Positions 9,236-18,250 of a stretch of DNA of 64,000 bases are shown in pieces. This DNA comes from a virus. The translations under genes and the position numbers were made by a program. How positions within the stretch are numbered: the stretch's first letter is position 1; each line of letters starts with the position of its first letter. The notes under the pieces are model-generated. The model saw only the letters and a program-made list of their open reading frames with translations. It was not told where the DNA came from and made no database searches. The stretch lies in the IMG/VR virus record IMGVR_UViG_3300034031_000020, positions 15,452 through 79,451 of that record. One strand, 5' to 3'.

Positions 9236-9712
9236 ATGGCGATCACCGCGAGCGGCCTGTACGTCCAGAACATGATCGACGAGTTGGACGTCACGAACCT
9301 CGGGTTCGACTGGACGCTGACGACGCACCGCCTGTCGTTGATCTCGAACGTCGCAACCCCGAACTTCGACACCGACACCGTCTGGAGCGCCACGAACGAG
9401 GTCAGCGGGACCGGTTGGGCGGCGGGCGGGGTGCTGCTGTCCGCCGCCGCCGCCGGGGGCACGTCCACGGTCCCCACCCTGACGGTCAGCCCGGCCGGGA
9501 CGATGATGTACGACATGAACGACGTCGCCGTGTCCGGCACGACGGTGACCAGCGCCAGGGCGGTCCGGCTGTACGCCGACGCGTTGACCACGCCGACGGC
9601 GGACGCCCTGATCGTCCTCATCAACTTCGGCGCGGACTTCAGCACGAACAACGGCACCTTCGGGATCCAGTTCCCCGGCACCGGTGTGATCGCCCTGGAC
9701 CTGACGCCGTGA
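9236..9712 (+). CDS. Probable minor virion/tail-associated protein
   Basis: MAITASGLY...NEVSGTGW.AGG...FGADFS..NGTF.IQ pattern typical of actinophage minor structural proteins; GGGGAG RBS. Confidence 0.65.
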   Translation: MAITASGLYVQNMIDELDVTNLGFDWTLTTHRLSLISNVATPNFDTDTVWSATNEVSGTGWAAGGVLLSAAAAGGTSTVPTLTVSPAGTMMYDMNDVAVSGTTVTSARAVRLYADALTTPTADALIVLINFGADFSTNNGTFGIQFPGTGVIALDLTP

Positions 9713-9737
9713 CCTCGCCGAACGCGAGGGGGTAGCG

Positions 9738-10130
9738 GTGGGTACCGACAGTTCCGTAGCGATCACCGCAGGATCAGGGACCTCGATCGACACGTTCGCG
9801 AAAACCGACGGTCAGCACCAGCAGATCGTCCGGCTCGCGCAGGGCGACACGGTCACCACGAACGCGTGGGCCGCGAGTACGACCGCCGCGACGAGCGTGG
9901 TCGCCGCCGACATCAACCGGCTGATGGTCTTGATCCTGAACAACTCGACCGGCCGGGTGTATCTGCGGTTCGACGCGACCGCGCCGACCACCGCCACGAA
10001 CGGTCACCACCTGTGGTTGGACCCCGGCGACATGTACGAGTGCCCCGTGGAACTGGCGACGCTGGCGGTGTCGATGCTCGCGGCCACCGTCAGCGGGCAC
10101 GTCGTCTCGACACTCGTCACGGAGGCGTGA
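9738..10130 (+). CDS. Probable minor virion protein
   Basis: ORF in operon, Thr/Ala-rich beta-type composition. Confidence 0.6.
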   Translation: MGTDSSVAITAGSGTSIDTFAKTDGQHQQIVRLAQGDTVTTNAWAASTTAATSVVAADINRLMVLILNNSTGRVYLRFDATAPTTATNGHHLWLDPGDMYECPVELATLAVSMLAATVSGHVVSTLVTEA

Positions 10131-11891
10131 ATGCCCGTCACCCGGCTCCAGTCCTCGCAGAAACCCGACTTCTGGTGGGCGTTCGGCCACTCCTGGCTGG
10201 AGAACCAGCTCGGTAGCCGCAACCAGACGGGCCGCCCCGACGGGATGTTCCGCGCGGCGAACGACATCGAGTTCAACAACTGGCGCAACTTCGCCGTCAC
10301 CGGCTCCCGGATCATTCAGCAGGGCGTCGCGCAGGGCGGGTACTCCCGGCTGTTCCAGTCCGTCCCGAAGGTCTCCTTCGGTGCGCCGTACGTCTCCCAG
10401 GACGGCGGCCTGATCCTCTGCTGGGGGATCAACGACATGGGCAAGTCGGGTCCGGGTGTGACGTACATGAACGCGTTCATCGACGCCCTACGGTCGTGCG
10501 TGGTGCGGTGGCGGGCCGGTTCGTTGCGGGAGAACACCGATGCCTCGATCGCGTGGGGCGCCGGGTTCGGCCTGTCGTCCGGCAGCGACGAGTGGACCTC
10601 CGGCAGCTCGTACCGGACGGCGACCACGACGACGAGCGCCACCTTTACGATCACGATCCCCGCCGACTACACCGGGACCCCTATCTCGATCGTCTACAAC
10701 GGCATCGTCAACGGGGGCACGGTCACGTACTCGGGGACGGCGGGCGTGACGGGAACGTTCTCCACGTCGGCGATCATCCCGGCGGGTGAGGTGTCGCACT
10801 GCCCCCGCACCCACCGGATCAAAACGTTGACGGCGGCGAACGCCGGTCAGACGATCATCGGAACCGTCACGCAGATGGACGCGTCCGGCTCCGTCGACTT
10901 CGACTGCTACATCATCGAGGCGGAGAACTCACCACCGGTCATCCTCTGCGACATCGCCCGTTTCAACACCCTGGGGTACAGCGGGTTCCCGCAGCTCTCC
11001 GGGAACACCGTCGCGGTGAACGACGCGTCCGTCCAGACGTGGAACACGGCGATCTACAACCTCGCGGCCGAGTTCGACCCCATGGTCCAGGTCGCCTACT
11101 TCGACGCGGCGATCAACAAGGACGCGTCGAAGCTGTGGTCCGTGGACGGGGTGCACCCGAACGAGAAAGGCTCGGCGGTGCTCGCCGATGCCCTGTTGGA
11201 CGCGCAGCGCCGGTTCCGCCCGTCGGCGACGACGGTCACGTCCCCGCCGACGGGAATCACCGCGTCCATCAACCCGCCGTCACCCCGGGAGGGCGCCCTC
11301 GTCCGGCACCACGTCACCGGCCTGAACCGCTGGTACACGGCGGAGTTCTTCGGCGGGTACGGCACGGCGTACACGCCGGTGGCGGGGGACATGTGGGCGA
11401 TCCCCGTACAGGTCACCGTCTCCAACGCCCGGGTGAGCATGTTCGGCGTCGATCAGGTGGCCGCCGGGACCGCGACCGGCACGATCCGTTGGGGCCTGTA
11501 CGACGACCCCGGCGGCACCGGGTACCCGTTCTCGTTGATGCATGAACTGACGGCGTCGTCGGGTGCGTTCACGCTGACGCTGGCCACGGGCATCAAAACC
11601 AGTCCCGCGCCGACCGCGTCGGGGAGCATCGACAAGCCTCTCGATCCGGGGCTGTTCTGGCTGTGCCTGAAAATCATCACCGCCGGTACGGGGATCACCC
11701 TGCGGACCCTGCTCGGCCCGAACCTGATCGTCTCCCCCGTCAACCACTCCACCGGCGCCGCGCTCTCGGCGACCACGTACGGCATGGGGTACAAGCTGAC
11801 CGGGCAGGGAACCACTGTCCTCCCGGGCCGGTACCCGACCACGGCGACGCAGTCCGATGCGTGCCCGATGGTCTCGTTCCGGCTGACGTAG
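10131..11891 (+). CDS. SGNH/GDSL hydrolase-domain protein, probably virion-associated
   Basis: FGHSW (block I), NFAVTGS (II), GIND (III), DGVHPN (V); beta-rich inserted and C-terminal domains. Confidence 0.8.
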   Translation: MPVTRLQSSQKPDFWWAFGHSWLENQLGSRNQTGRPDGMFRAANDIEFNNWRNFAVTGSRIIQQGVAQGGYSRLFQSVPKVSFGAPYVSQDGGLILCWGINDMGKSGPGVTYMNAFIDALRSCVVRWRAGSLRENTDASIAWGAGFGLSSGSDEWTSGSSYRTATTTTSATFTITIPADYTGTPISIVYNGIVNGGTVTYSGTAGVTGTFSTSAIIPAGEVSHCPRTHRIKTLTAANAGQTIIGTVTQMDASGSVDFDCYIIEAENSPPVILCDIARFNTLGYSGFPQLSGNTVAVNDASVQTWNTAIYNLAAEFDPMVQVAYFDAAINKDASKLWSVDGVHPNEKGSAVLADALLDAQRRFRPSATTVTSPPTGITASINPPSPREGALVRHHVTGLNRWYTAEFFGGYGTAYTPVAGDMWAIPVQVTVSNARVSMFGVDQVAAGTATGTIRWGLYDDPGGTGYPFSLMHELTASSGAFTLTLATGIKTSPAPTASGSIDKPLDPGLFWLCLKIITAGTGITLRTLLGPNLIVSPVNHSTGAALSATTYGMGYKLTGQGTTVLPGRYPTTATQSDACPMVSFRLT

Positions 11892-11901
11892 GGGGAACCC
11901 G

Positions 11902-13593
11902 GTGACGCTCCTGTTGGTGCTGCCCGGCGGCGCCACCTCCACCCCCGCCACGGCCACCCCCGCCACCATCGCCCGGACCGTGGCCGTGGCGGGGGCGCCC
12001 GCGACCGGCTCGACGGCGGCCCCGGTGACCATCGCGCGCACCGTCGCCGTCGCCGGTACCGCAGCGACCTCGTCGGCGGCCACGGCCACCCCCGCCACCA
12101 TCCCCGCGACGACGACCGTCGCCGGGTCCGCGTCCACCTCGGCGGCGGCCACCGCCAACCCGCCCACCGTGGCGGGCACGACGACCGTCGCGGGCGAGCC
12201 GGGCGCCGGTTCCACCGCGTCACCGGCCACCGTCACGCGAACCGTCGTGATCGCGGGCACGGCGATGGCGGGCGCCACCGCGACCCCGACGACGGTCGCT
12301 CGGACGGTGGCCGTCGCGGGGGTGGCCACAGCGGGATCCACACCGGCCCCGGCCACGATCACCTCGACGGGAGCCGTCGCCGGGGCAGCGCAGGGCGGGG
12401 TCACCGCTGTACCCGCGACCGTCACCGCCGTCACCGCCGTGGCCGGTACCGCCGCCACCGCGACGGGCTCGTCCGCGACCCCGCCCACCGTCACCGGGTC
12501 GGCGGCGGTGAGCGGCGCGCCCGCGACCGGCGCCACACCCGCTCCCGCGACGACGATCACCAACGCGGCCGTGGCCGGTGCCGCCACAGCGGGCACCGCA
12601 CCCACACCCGCGACCGTCGCCCGCGCCGCCGTGCTCGCGGGCGCGGCGTCCGCGAGCCGGACCGCCACCCCGGCCACGGTCCCGGGCGTCACCGCCGTCA
12701 CCGCCACGGCCACGCTGCCCGCCGTCGCCACCCCGGCCACGGTCGCGCGGGCCGTGGTCGTGGCCGGTGACGCGTCGACGGGCCTCGCGCCGCTCCCACC
12801 GACGATCGCGCCCCCGGTCGTCGCGGTGGCCGGGCAGCCCGCCGTGGGTCACACGGCAACCCCCGTGACCGTCGCCCCGCCAGCGACCGCCGTCGCTGGT
12901 ACCGCCGTCGCCGCGTCGGGTTCCACGGCCACCCCGGCGACGGTCAGTCCCGCGACCACGGCGGTCGCGGGATCCCCCGCCGCCGGTTCCGCTCCAGCTC
13001 CCGCGACGACCGCCCCGCCCAAGGTGACCGTCGCGGGTGTCGTCGCACTGTCGCGGACCGCCACCCCCGCCACGGTCGCGCGGACCGTGGCCATCGCGGG
13101 TGTCGCGGGCGCTTCACGGACGGCCACCCCCGCCACGGTCGCGGGTTCCGTCACGGTGGGCGGCATCCAGGCGGCGGGAGTGGCCCCCGCCCCCGTCACC
13201 GTCGTCGGCGCGGTGCTCATGGCGGGTGTCGTCCAGGTCGGGTCGACGGTCACGGCGACCACCGTCACGGCCGTCGCCGTGATCACCGGGCCGACGGTCA
13301 CCAGCCCGACGACGGTGGTCGTTGCGACGCTGCACGGCGCGGCCGTCACGGCGGGTTCGGCGTCCGCGAGCCGTAGCGCCACGGTTCCCGTGCTGACCGT
13401 GGCGGGGTTCGCGTGGGTGTCGGCGACCGTGTTCAGCGACGTGATCCCCCACGTGGATGTGGAGTCCGCGACCCGGTTCGTCGCGGCACTGGACGGCGTG
13501 GCCCGCATGACGTCCACCCCCGGCTCGTCGACCAGGTTGACCGCGTCGACGGAGAACGTAGGGTCGGCGACCGTCACGGGGGTCGTCGGGTGA
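11902..13593 (+). CDS. Ala/Thr/Val/Pro/Gly repeat protein (fibre- or whisker-like)
   Basis: About 20 degenerate ~25-aa repeats of the type ATPATVARTVAVAG. Confidence 0.7.
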   Translation: MTLLLVLPGGATSTPATATPATIARTVAVAGAPATGSTAAPVTIARTVAVAGTAATSSAATATPATIPATTTVAGSASTSAAATANPPTVAGTTTVAGEPGAGSTASPATVTRTVVIAGTAMAGATATPTTVARTVAVAGVATAGSTPAPATITSTGAVAGAAQGGVTAVPATVTAVTAVAGTAATATGSSATPPTVTGSAAVSGAPATGATPAPATTITNAAVAGAATAGTAPTPATVARAAVLAGAASASRTATPATVPGVTAVTATATLPAVATPATVARAVVVAGDASTGLAPLPPTIAPPVVAVAGQPAVGHTATPVTVAPPATAVAGTAVAASGSTATPATVSPATTAVAGSPAAGSAPAPATTAPPKVTVAGVVALSRTATPATVARTVAIAGVAGASRTATPATVAGSVTVGGIQAAGVAPAPVTVVGAVLMAGVVQVGSTVTATTVTAVAVITGPTVTSPTTVVVATLHGAAVTAGSASASRSATVPVLTVAGFAWVSATVFSDVIPHVDVESATRFVAALDGVARMTSTPGSSTRLTASTENVGSATVTGVVG

Positions 13594-13925
13594 GCCGCTC
13601 CGGCCGGTCGGGGACCGGGAACTCGGCGTACCGCACGAACCGCGCGCAGTTGCTCGCGCAGACGGACCGATGCGCGCTGTGCGGGCACGGCGGCGCGAAG
13701 ACGGCCGACCACAAGGTGCCTCACGCGTTGTGGCCGCGCGACGCCCGGGGCGCGCTGCACCCTGGCTTCGATGACCTGGCGAACCTGCAACCGGCGCACG
13801 GCAGCATGGGCGGCCGTCAGCCGCACAACCCGTGCCTGGTGTGCGGGGAGATGTGCAACCAGAAGCGGGGGGCCCGGGTCCGGCACCGGCCACAGACCCG
13901 GGACTGGTTCCCGAACCGCACCTGA
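13590..13925 (+). CDS. HNH endonuclease (packaging-associated type)
   Basis: CALCG...TADHKVP...NLQPAH...CN.KRG motif; GTGA coupling. Confidence 0.85.
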   Translation: MSRSGRSGTGNSAYRTNRAQLLAQTDRCALCGHGGAKTADHKVPHALWPRDARGALHPGFDDLANLQPAHGSMGGRQPHNPCLVCGEMCNQKRGARVRHRPQTRDWFPNRT

Positions 13926-13987
13926 CCAGCGGTTACGCAGGCGGGGTTCCACTTTTGCCACCGACAATGAGGCGTTATCGGACACGA

Positions 13988-14030
13988 TCACGTCCGGGGG
14001 GTTGCACAATCACGTCCCGGGGGTTAGGCT
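13988..14030 (+). promoter_or_regulatory. SigA-like promoter with tandem operator (site A)
   Basis: TTGCAC 14002-14007, 17 bp, TAGGCT 14025-14030; TCACGTCC(C)GGGGG(G)TT twice, 22 bp apart. Confidence 0.75.
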
Positions 14031-14074
14031 TTGGGTATAAGGCACGACGACAACTCCAAAGAGTGGAACCCAAG

Positions 14075-14350
14075 ATGATCGACATCGTTGAGACCGTCCT
14101 GATCAACAACGACCAGACTGTCAAGACTCCCGCCGGTGAGTTCGCGGTCAGTCAGCGAAACGAGGGGTTCGCCGTCAACGACGGGACGTGGAACGTCACG
14201 CAGCTCCCGGAGCTGTACTGGTCCGGGGCTGGCGTTCTCCGCCAGCGTCGTTCGGAGCGATTCCTCGGAGCCTTCGCCGACACGGCCGCCGCCGCCGCCG
14301 CGATTGAGTCCGCCGACCTGATGCCCCTCACGGATCGGATGGTTCGCTGA
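14075..14350 (+). CDS. Hypothetical protein (own promoter and terminator)
   Basis: ATG 14075 downstream of promoter A; hairpin 14357-14386 follows. Confidence 0.65.
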   Translation: MIDIVETVLINNDQTVKTPAGEFAVSQRNEGFAVNDGTWNVTQLPELYWSGAGVLRQRRSERFLGAFADTAAAAAAIESADLMPLTDRMVR

Positions 14351-14356
14351 CAGACC

Positions 14357-14386
14357 CTCGACCCCCGGCCGACACCGGGGGTCGAG
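14357..14386 (+). terminator. Terminator-like hairpin
   Basis: CTCGACCCCCGG / CCGGGGGTCGAG. Confidence 0.65.
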
Positions 14387-14406
14387 TCATGTCCCGAGAG
14401 AAAGAA

Positions 14407-14449
14407 TCACATCCGGGACGTTGACCCCTCACTCATGGGTCGTTATGCT
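14407..14449 (+). promoter_or_regulatory. SigA-like promoter with tandem operator (site B)
   Basis: TTGACC 14421-14426, 17 bp, TATGCT 14444-14449; TCAC..GGG.CGTT twice. Confidence 0.7.
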
Positions 14450-14479
14450 CCCGGCGTAACCACAACTGCCGGAGGCTCC

Positions 14480-14878
14480 ATGACCGCCACGACCCCCGCC
14501 GCCGCTCGCCACCGCACCGCGACCCGGGCACCCGCCGTGACCCGCCGACCCGCCGCCCCACCGCTGACCACCTTCGCCACCGTGCCCGGCGGTACCAGGG
14601 CCCGCCGCCGGGGTAAGCCTGGACATGTGCTCATCACCCGCGACGACCGATCCCCGGGGGAGCGGTACCACGTCGTCCGCAACGGTGACGGCGTCGTCGG
14701 CGCCATCGAGGAAGACGGCGGGAGCTGGATCCTCGACGTCGGGACCTTCCGGGGCTGGTCGTACCTGTGGACGAGCCACGGCCCGTTCCGGCTCCACCCG
14801 GACGCGTGCGTCCACACCGAATGGCTACGATCGAAGGACGAAGCGATGGCCCGCGCGGCGAAGTGGTTCTGTTCCTGA
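14480..14878 (+). CDS. Hypothetical protein (own promoter and terminator)
   Basis: GGAGG RBS, ATG 14480. Confidence 0.7.
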   Translation: MTATTPAAARHRTATRAPAVTRRPAAPPLTTFATVPGGTRARRRGKPGHVLITRDDRSPGERYHVVRNGDGVVGAIEEDGGSWILDVGTFRGWSYLWTSHGPFRLHPDACVHTEWLRSKDEAMARAAKWFCS

Positions 14879-14886
14879 GTCACCCA

Positions 14887-14925
14887 GGCGAAGACCCCCA
14901 CCTGAACAGGTCGGGGGTCTTCGCC
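14887..14925 (+). terminator. Terminator-like hairpin
   Basis: GGCGAAGACCCCC / GGGGGTCTTCGCC. Confidence 0.65.
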
Positions 14926-15149
14926 GTCCAGGCGGAGCCGTATCAGGGGAAACACCGGGGGCGGGTCACTCCGGGCCTGAGAGGACCCCGGGCGACCCGC
15001 CCCACCGGCGGACCGGACCGGGTGAAACAGCCCCTGCGGGAGGTGGGGCCCGCGCGAGCCGACCACGTCCCGGGGCGCATCCTCCGCCGTCCGATCTGTG
15101 CTTGACCATACCCGCCGACCTGCCATGATCGGAGGAACAGGGAGGGGAG

Positions 15150-17045
15150 GTGACGGGGGTGACCCTCAACCTCGTCGACGTGTCCCGCTATCAGGTCGAA
15201 GTCGACAACCCGCTCGACCTGGTCAAGGCGAAGACCGCCGGGTACCAGATCATCAACGTGGCGCTGACCGGCGGCAAGGGCTACGTCTCCGGTGCGTGGG
15301 CCCGGACCTACCTGGAGCAGGCCGCGACCCTCGGGTACGGCCGCATGGTCTACCACTGGCTCGACGGGCGCAGCACCGGCGCCGCGCAGGCCGCCGCGCA
15401 GATCAAACGGATGAAGGACCTCTTCGGGTCCGCGCTGACCGGGTTCGCGCATCAGGTCGACGTCGAGGAGACCGGCAAGGACGGGATCCCGCCGCCGACA
15501 TGGGCGCACGTCCGCGAGTACGTCGACGCCGTCCAGCAAGCCCTCGGCCGACACATGGTCATCTACTCCGGGGACTGGTGGTGGAAACCGAAGGCGTGGC
15601 CCGGGGCTACGGTGACCCCGTACCTGATGGCGCAACCCAACACGGGGAAGCTGACGGCGTACCCCGGCGACACGGCCGCACAGTGGACCGCCGGGTACGG
15701 GGGGTGGGACACCCTGGCCATCATGCAGTGGGGTGTCCACGCACTACCCGGCACCGTCGGCTGTTCCCTCGCCGCGCTCCGTGACCACGGGGTGTGGGCG
15801 GACCTGACTGGAGGCGATGCACTGATGCCGCAAGCTGACCCCGGCAACGCACAGCCGGACGCGTGGATAGGACCTGCCGCGCCCTCGGCGCTGGTCGCCG
15901 AGCTCGCCGACGTGGGCCGCGACCTGATGCGCCAGGCCGCCGAAGCCGACGAACCCCGGCACCTCGACGACGCAGGGGACCTGGCCCGGTGGGCGGCCAC
16001 CATCGGTGGCGACGTCGAGCGTGACCCGCTCCGGCTCGACCTGATGCCGATGGGCGCCGGTGAGGTGTGCTCCTCCACGATCGTCGCGGAGATGGACGAC
16101 TGGATCGCCGCCGGGGGGACGAACCTCGGCTGCGTCGGCGACAAGGACCACGGCACCGGGTTCCACCGAGGCGCGAACTACATCCCCGCCACCGACTACA
16201 GCAGACGGCGGGACCCGAACGGCGCCGACGGCCCGTTCATCAACTGGAACGCGTCCTGCGCGGGAGACTTCCGCCACGGCGGGAAAGCCGCCCTGCGGGA
16301 AGCGGGCCGCAAGCTGCTCGCCGTGCTCATGGCCGGTGGCTACCCGATGATCTGTGAGTTCATCGGCCAGCCGTGGCCCGACCGACCCGTCATGTACTGG
16401 GCCAGGTGGGAGGGTGTCAGCAATCTCCGGGAGTACACCGGCTCCGGTCACGACGTCTGGTACCACATCTCGTGGTACCGGTCCCGCTCCGATCAACGCC
16501 CGTACATGTGGAGGAACAGCATGGCACTCGAAGCCACCGACAAGACCTGGCTCACCTCGGCCGCGTTCACCAACGCCGTCGCGGCGGCCACCGTTGAGGC
16601 GCTGCTCACCCGGAAGATCGACCCGACGAACGACCTCAACCCGAACCGGACCTTCCACACGTTCATCCTGGACGTTCAGAACATGCGCGACGCGTGGCGC
16701 CACGCCCTCACCGACCCGAAGGTGAAGGGGCGCCCGCTGCCCGGCTCCGGCTTCGACAAGCTCATGAAGTCGGCGGACACCCTCGCCGCCGGGCTCGCCG
16801 CCCTGCGCACCGAGAACAGCGCGGCGGAAGCGGCCACGGCCGCGTTGGTGCGGGAACTGATCCAGCTCGTCCAGGCCGGAGGCGGTGACGTCGACTCGGC
16901 GGCGATCCTCAGCAAGCTTGACACCGTCCAGGCCGAGGTCCGCGCCGCCGCCACCGAGGCCGGTGACCGGGCCCGGGAGGATGTCCTCGACGCGCTGCGG
17001 AGGGGGGCCGAGGCCGAGGCCGCCGCACTTCGCAGCACGGAGTGA
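15150..17045 (+). CDS. Modular endolysin: GH25 muramidase + Zn-peptidase-like domain + helical C-terminus
   Basis: DVSRYQ, YHW, DVE, IYSG and MQW GH25 motifs; second domain GCVGD..H..GFH...DYS...A..GD...H.WYHISW; start may be 15159. Confidence 0.8.
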   Translation: MTGVTLNLVDVSRYQVEVDNPLDLVKAKTAGYQIINVALTGGKGYVSGAWARTYLEQAATLGYGRMVYHWLDGRSTGAAQAAAQIKRMKDLFGSALTGFAHQVDVEETGKDGIPPPTWAHVREYVDAVQQALGRHMVIYSGDWWWKPKAWPGATVTPYLMAQPNTGKLTAYPGDTAAQWTAGYGGWDTLAIMQWGVHALPGTVGCSLAALRDHGVWADLTGGDALMPQADPGNAQPDAWIGPAAPSALVAELADVGRDLMRQAAEADEPRHLDDAGDLARWAATIGGDVERDPLRLDLMPMGAGEVCSSTIVAEMDDWIAAGGTNLGCVGDKDHGTGFHRGANYIPATDYSRRRDPNGADGPFINWNASCAGDFRHGGKAALREAGRKLLAVLMAGGYPMICEFIGQPWPDRPVMYWARWEGVSNLREYTGSGHDVWYHISWYRSRSDQRPYMWRNSMALEATDKTWLTSAAFTNAVAAATVEALLTRKIDPTNDLNPNRTFHTFILDVQNMRDAWRHALTDPKVKGRPLPGSGFDKLMKSADTLAAGLAALRTENSAAEAATAALVRELIQLVQAGGGDVDSAAILSKLDTVQAEVRAAATEAGDRAREDVLDALRRGAEAEAAALRSTE

Positions 17046-18118
17046 CCGACCTGTCGTACGGCTTCGCGGCGCAGGTCTACGTCCTGGCGAACCTGGCCAT
17101 CGCACTGGGGTACCTGTGCGTCCCCTGGCTCGTCCTGCCGTATATCCACCTGCGGCGCCGGACGATAGCCGCCGGGGCCCTGTTCTTCCTCGGGTGCACC
17201 GGGTCGCACATCGACATGGTTTACGACGTCCTTGTTGGTCACGACCAACACCCACCCGTGGGGTGGGTGGCCGTGTGGTGGCATGCCCTTCAGGCCGTCG
17301 GGACGTGGGCGTTCATCATGCTGTTCCGGGGCGAGTTGAACACGGCGGACAGGGTCCTCGACGAGATCCGGGCGAAGACCCCGAAGGTGGAGCAGGACAT
17401 AGCCGCCCTGCCGCCCGGAGACGTCCGGGACGAACTGGTCGAGACCCTCGCCGCGCTGCGGGTCACTCACCATCCCGTCGAGCCCCCGGCGGTCGAGGTG
17501 CCCGACCCGGCGCTCCAGAAGCTCCCCGGGAAGGGCGAATGGGTCAAGGCCGCCCCCGGTGTGTTCATGATCTGCGGAACCCTCGTCGTGATCGCGATCC
17601 TCGGCGTCTACGCGACCCTCGTCGTGACCGGCTCGCCGACCGATGCGTTCTTCCGCCTGATCAACCTGTTCCTCAACGCGCTGGGCACGCTGGTGACGAT
17701 GGCGACCCTGTCCGTCGGCCTTGTGCACGCCCGGCGGACCCTGGAGAACCGGCGGATCGCGCTCAAAGGACAGGAGGAGGCTCACCGGGCGGCTGACGCC
17801 GCCGAGGCCGCCGCGAGGGGCGTCAACGGGGAGCTTACCGCCCGGATCGTCAAGGCCGCCGCCGCTGCGGCGAAGGACGCGGCGGCGCAACTCCAGCGCG
17901 AACGCGACCAGGCAGCCACCGCCCTGCAACGGTCCAGGGACGAGTCCGCCGCCGCCGTCACCGCAGCGACGAAACTCCAGACGGAACGGGAGGTCGGTGT
18001 CCGCAAGGACTACGAGAAGGATCGGCGCGTGTACGAGACCGACCGGCAGGGCTACGAAGCGGACCGGCAGACCTACGAGCAGCGGAGACAACCCGGCGAG
18101 GACGACACCGGGGGGTGA
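17042..18118 (+). CDS. Multi-pass membrane protein in holin position: ETR1-like N-terminal TM domain + holin-like TM pair + coiled coil
   Basis: GTGA overlap with the endolysin stop; about 5 hydrophobic segments; NLAIALGYLCVP and FFLGCTGSH motifs; NGELTARI motif. Confidence 0.7.
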   Translation: MTDLSYGFAAQVYVLANLAIALGYLCVPWLVLPYIHLRRRTIAAGALFFLGCTGSHIDMVYDVLVGHDQHPPVGWVAVWWHALQAVGTWAFIMLFRGELNTADRVLDEIRAKTPKVEQDIAALPPGDVRDELVETLAALRVTHHPVEPPAVEVPDPALQKLPGKGEWVKAAPGVFMICGTLVVIAILGVYATLVVTGSPTDAFFRLINLFLNALGTLVTMATLSVGLVHARRTLENRRIALKGQEEAHRAADAAEAAARGVNGELTARIVKAAAAAAKDAAAQLQRERDQAATALQRSRDESAAAVTAATKLQTEREVGVRKDYEKDRRVYETDRQGYEADRQTYEQRRQPGEDDTGG

Positions 18119-18250
18119 ACGCGACGGAGGGCGGAGACCTCACCCAGACGACGCGCTGCCGACGCCGCGTCCGGGGGTCTTCCGCCCTCCGCCATGTTTC
18201 CCCGGGTGTCGTAACCGGGGAGCCCTACGAACGGAGATCGTAGCGCATCG

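Noticed and set aside
11902-13593. Diversity-generating retroelement or DNA tandem repeat
   Set aside because: Repeats are degenerate at protein level; no reverse transcriptase or TR/VR pair was seen.
14976-15029. Hammerhead ribozyme or TPP riboswitch (CTGAGA...GAAAC)
   Set aside because: Core does not match CUGANGA, and the other TPP consensus elements are missing.
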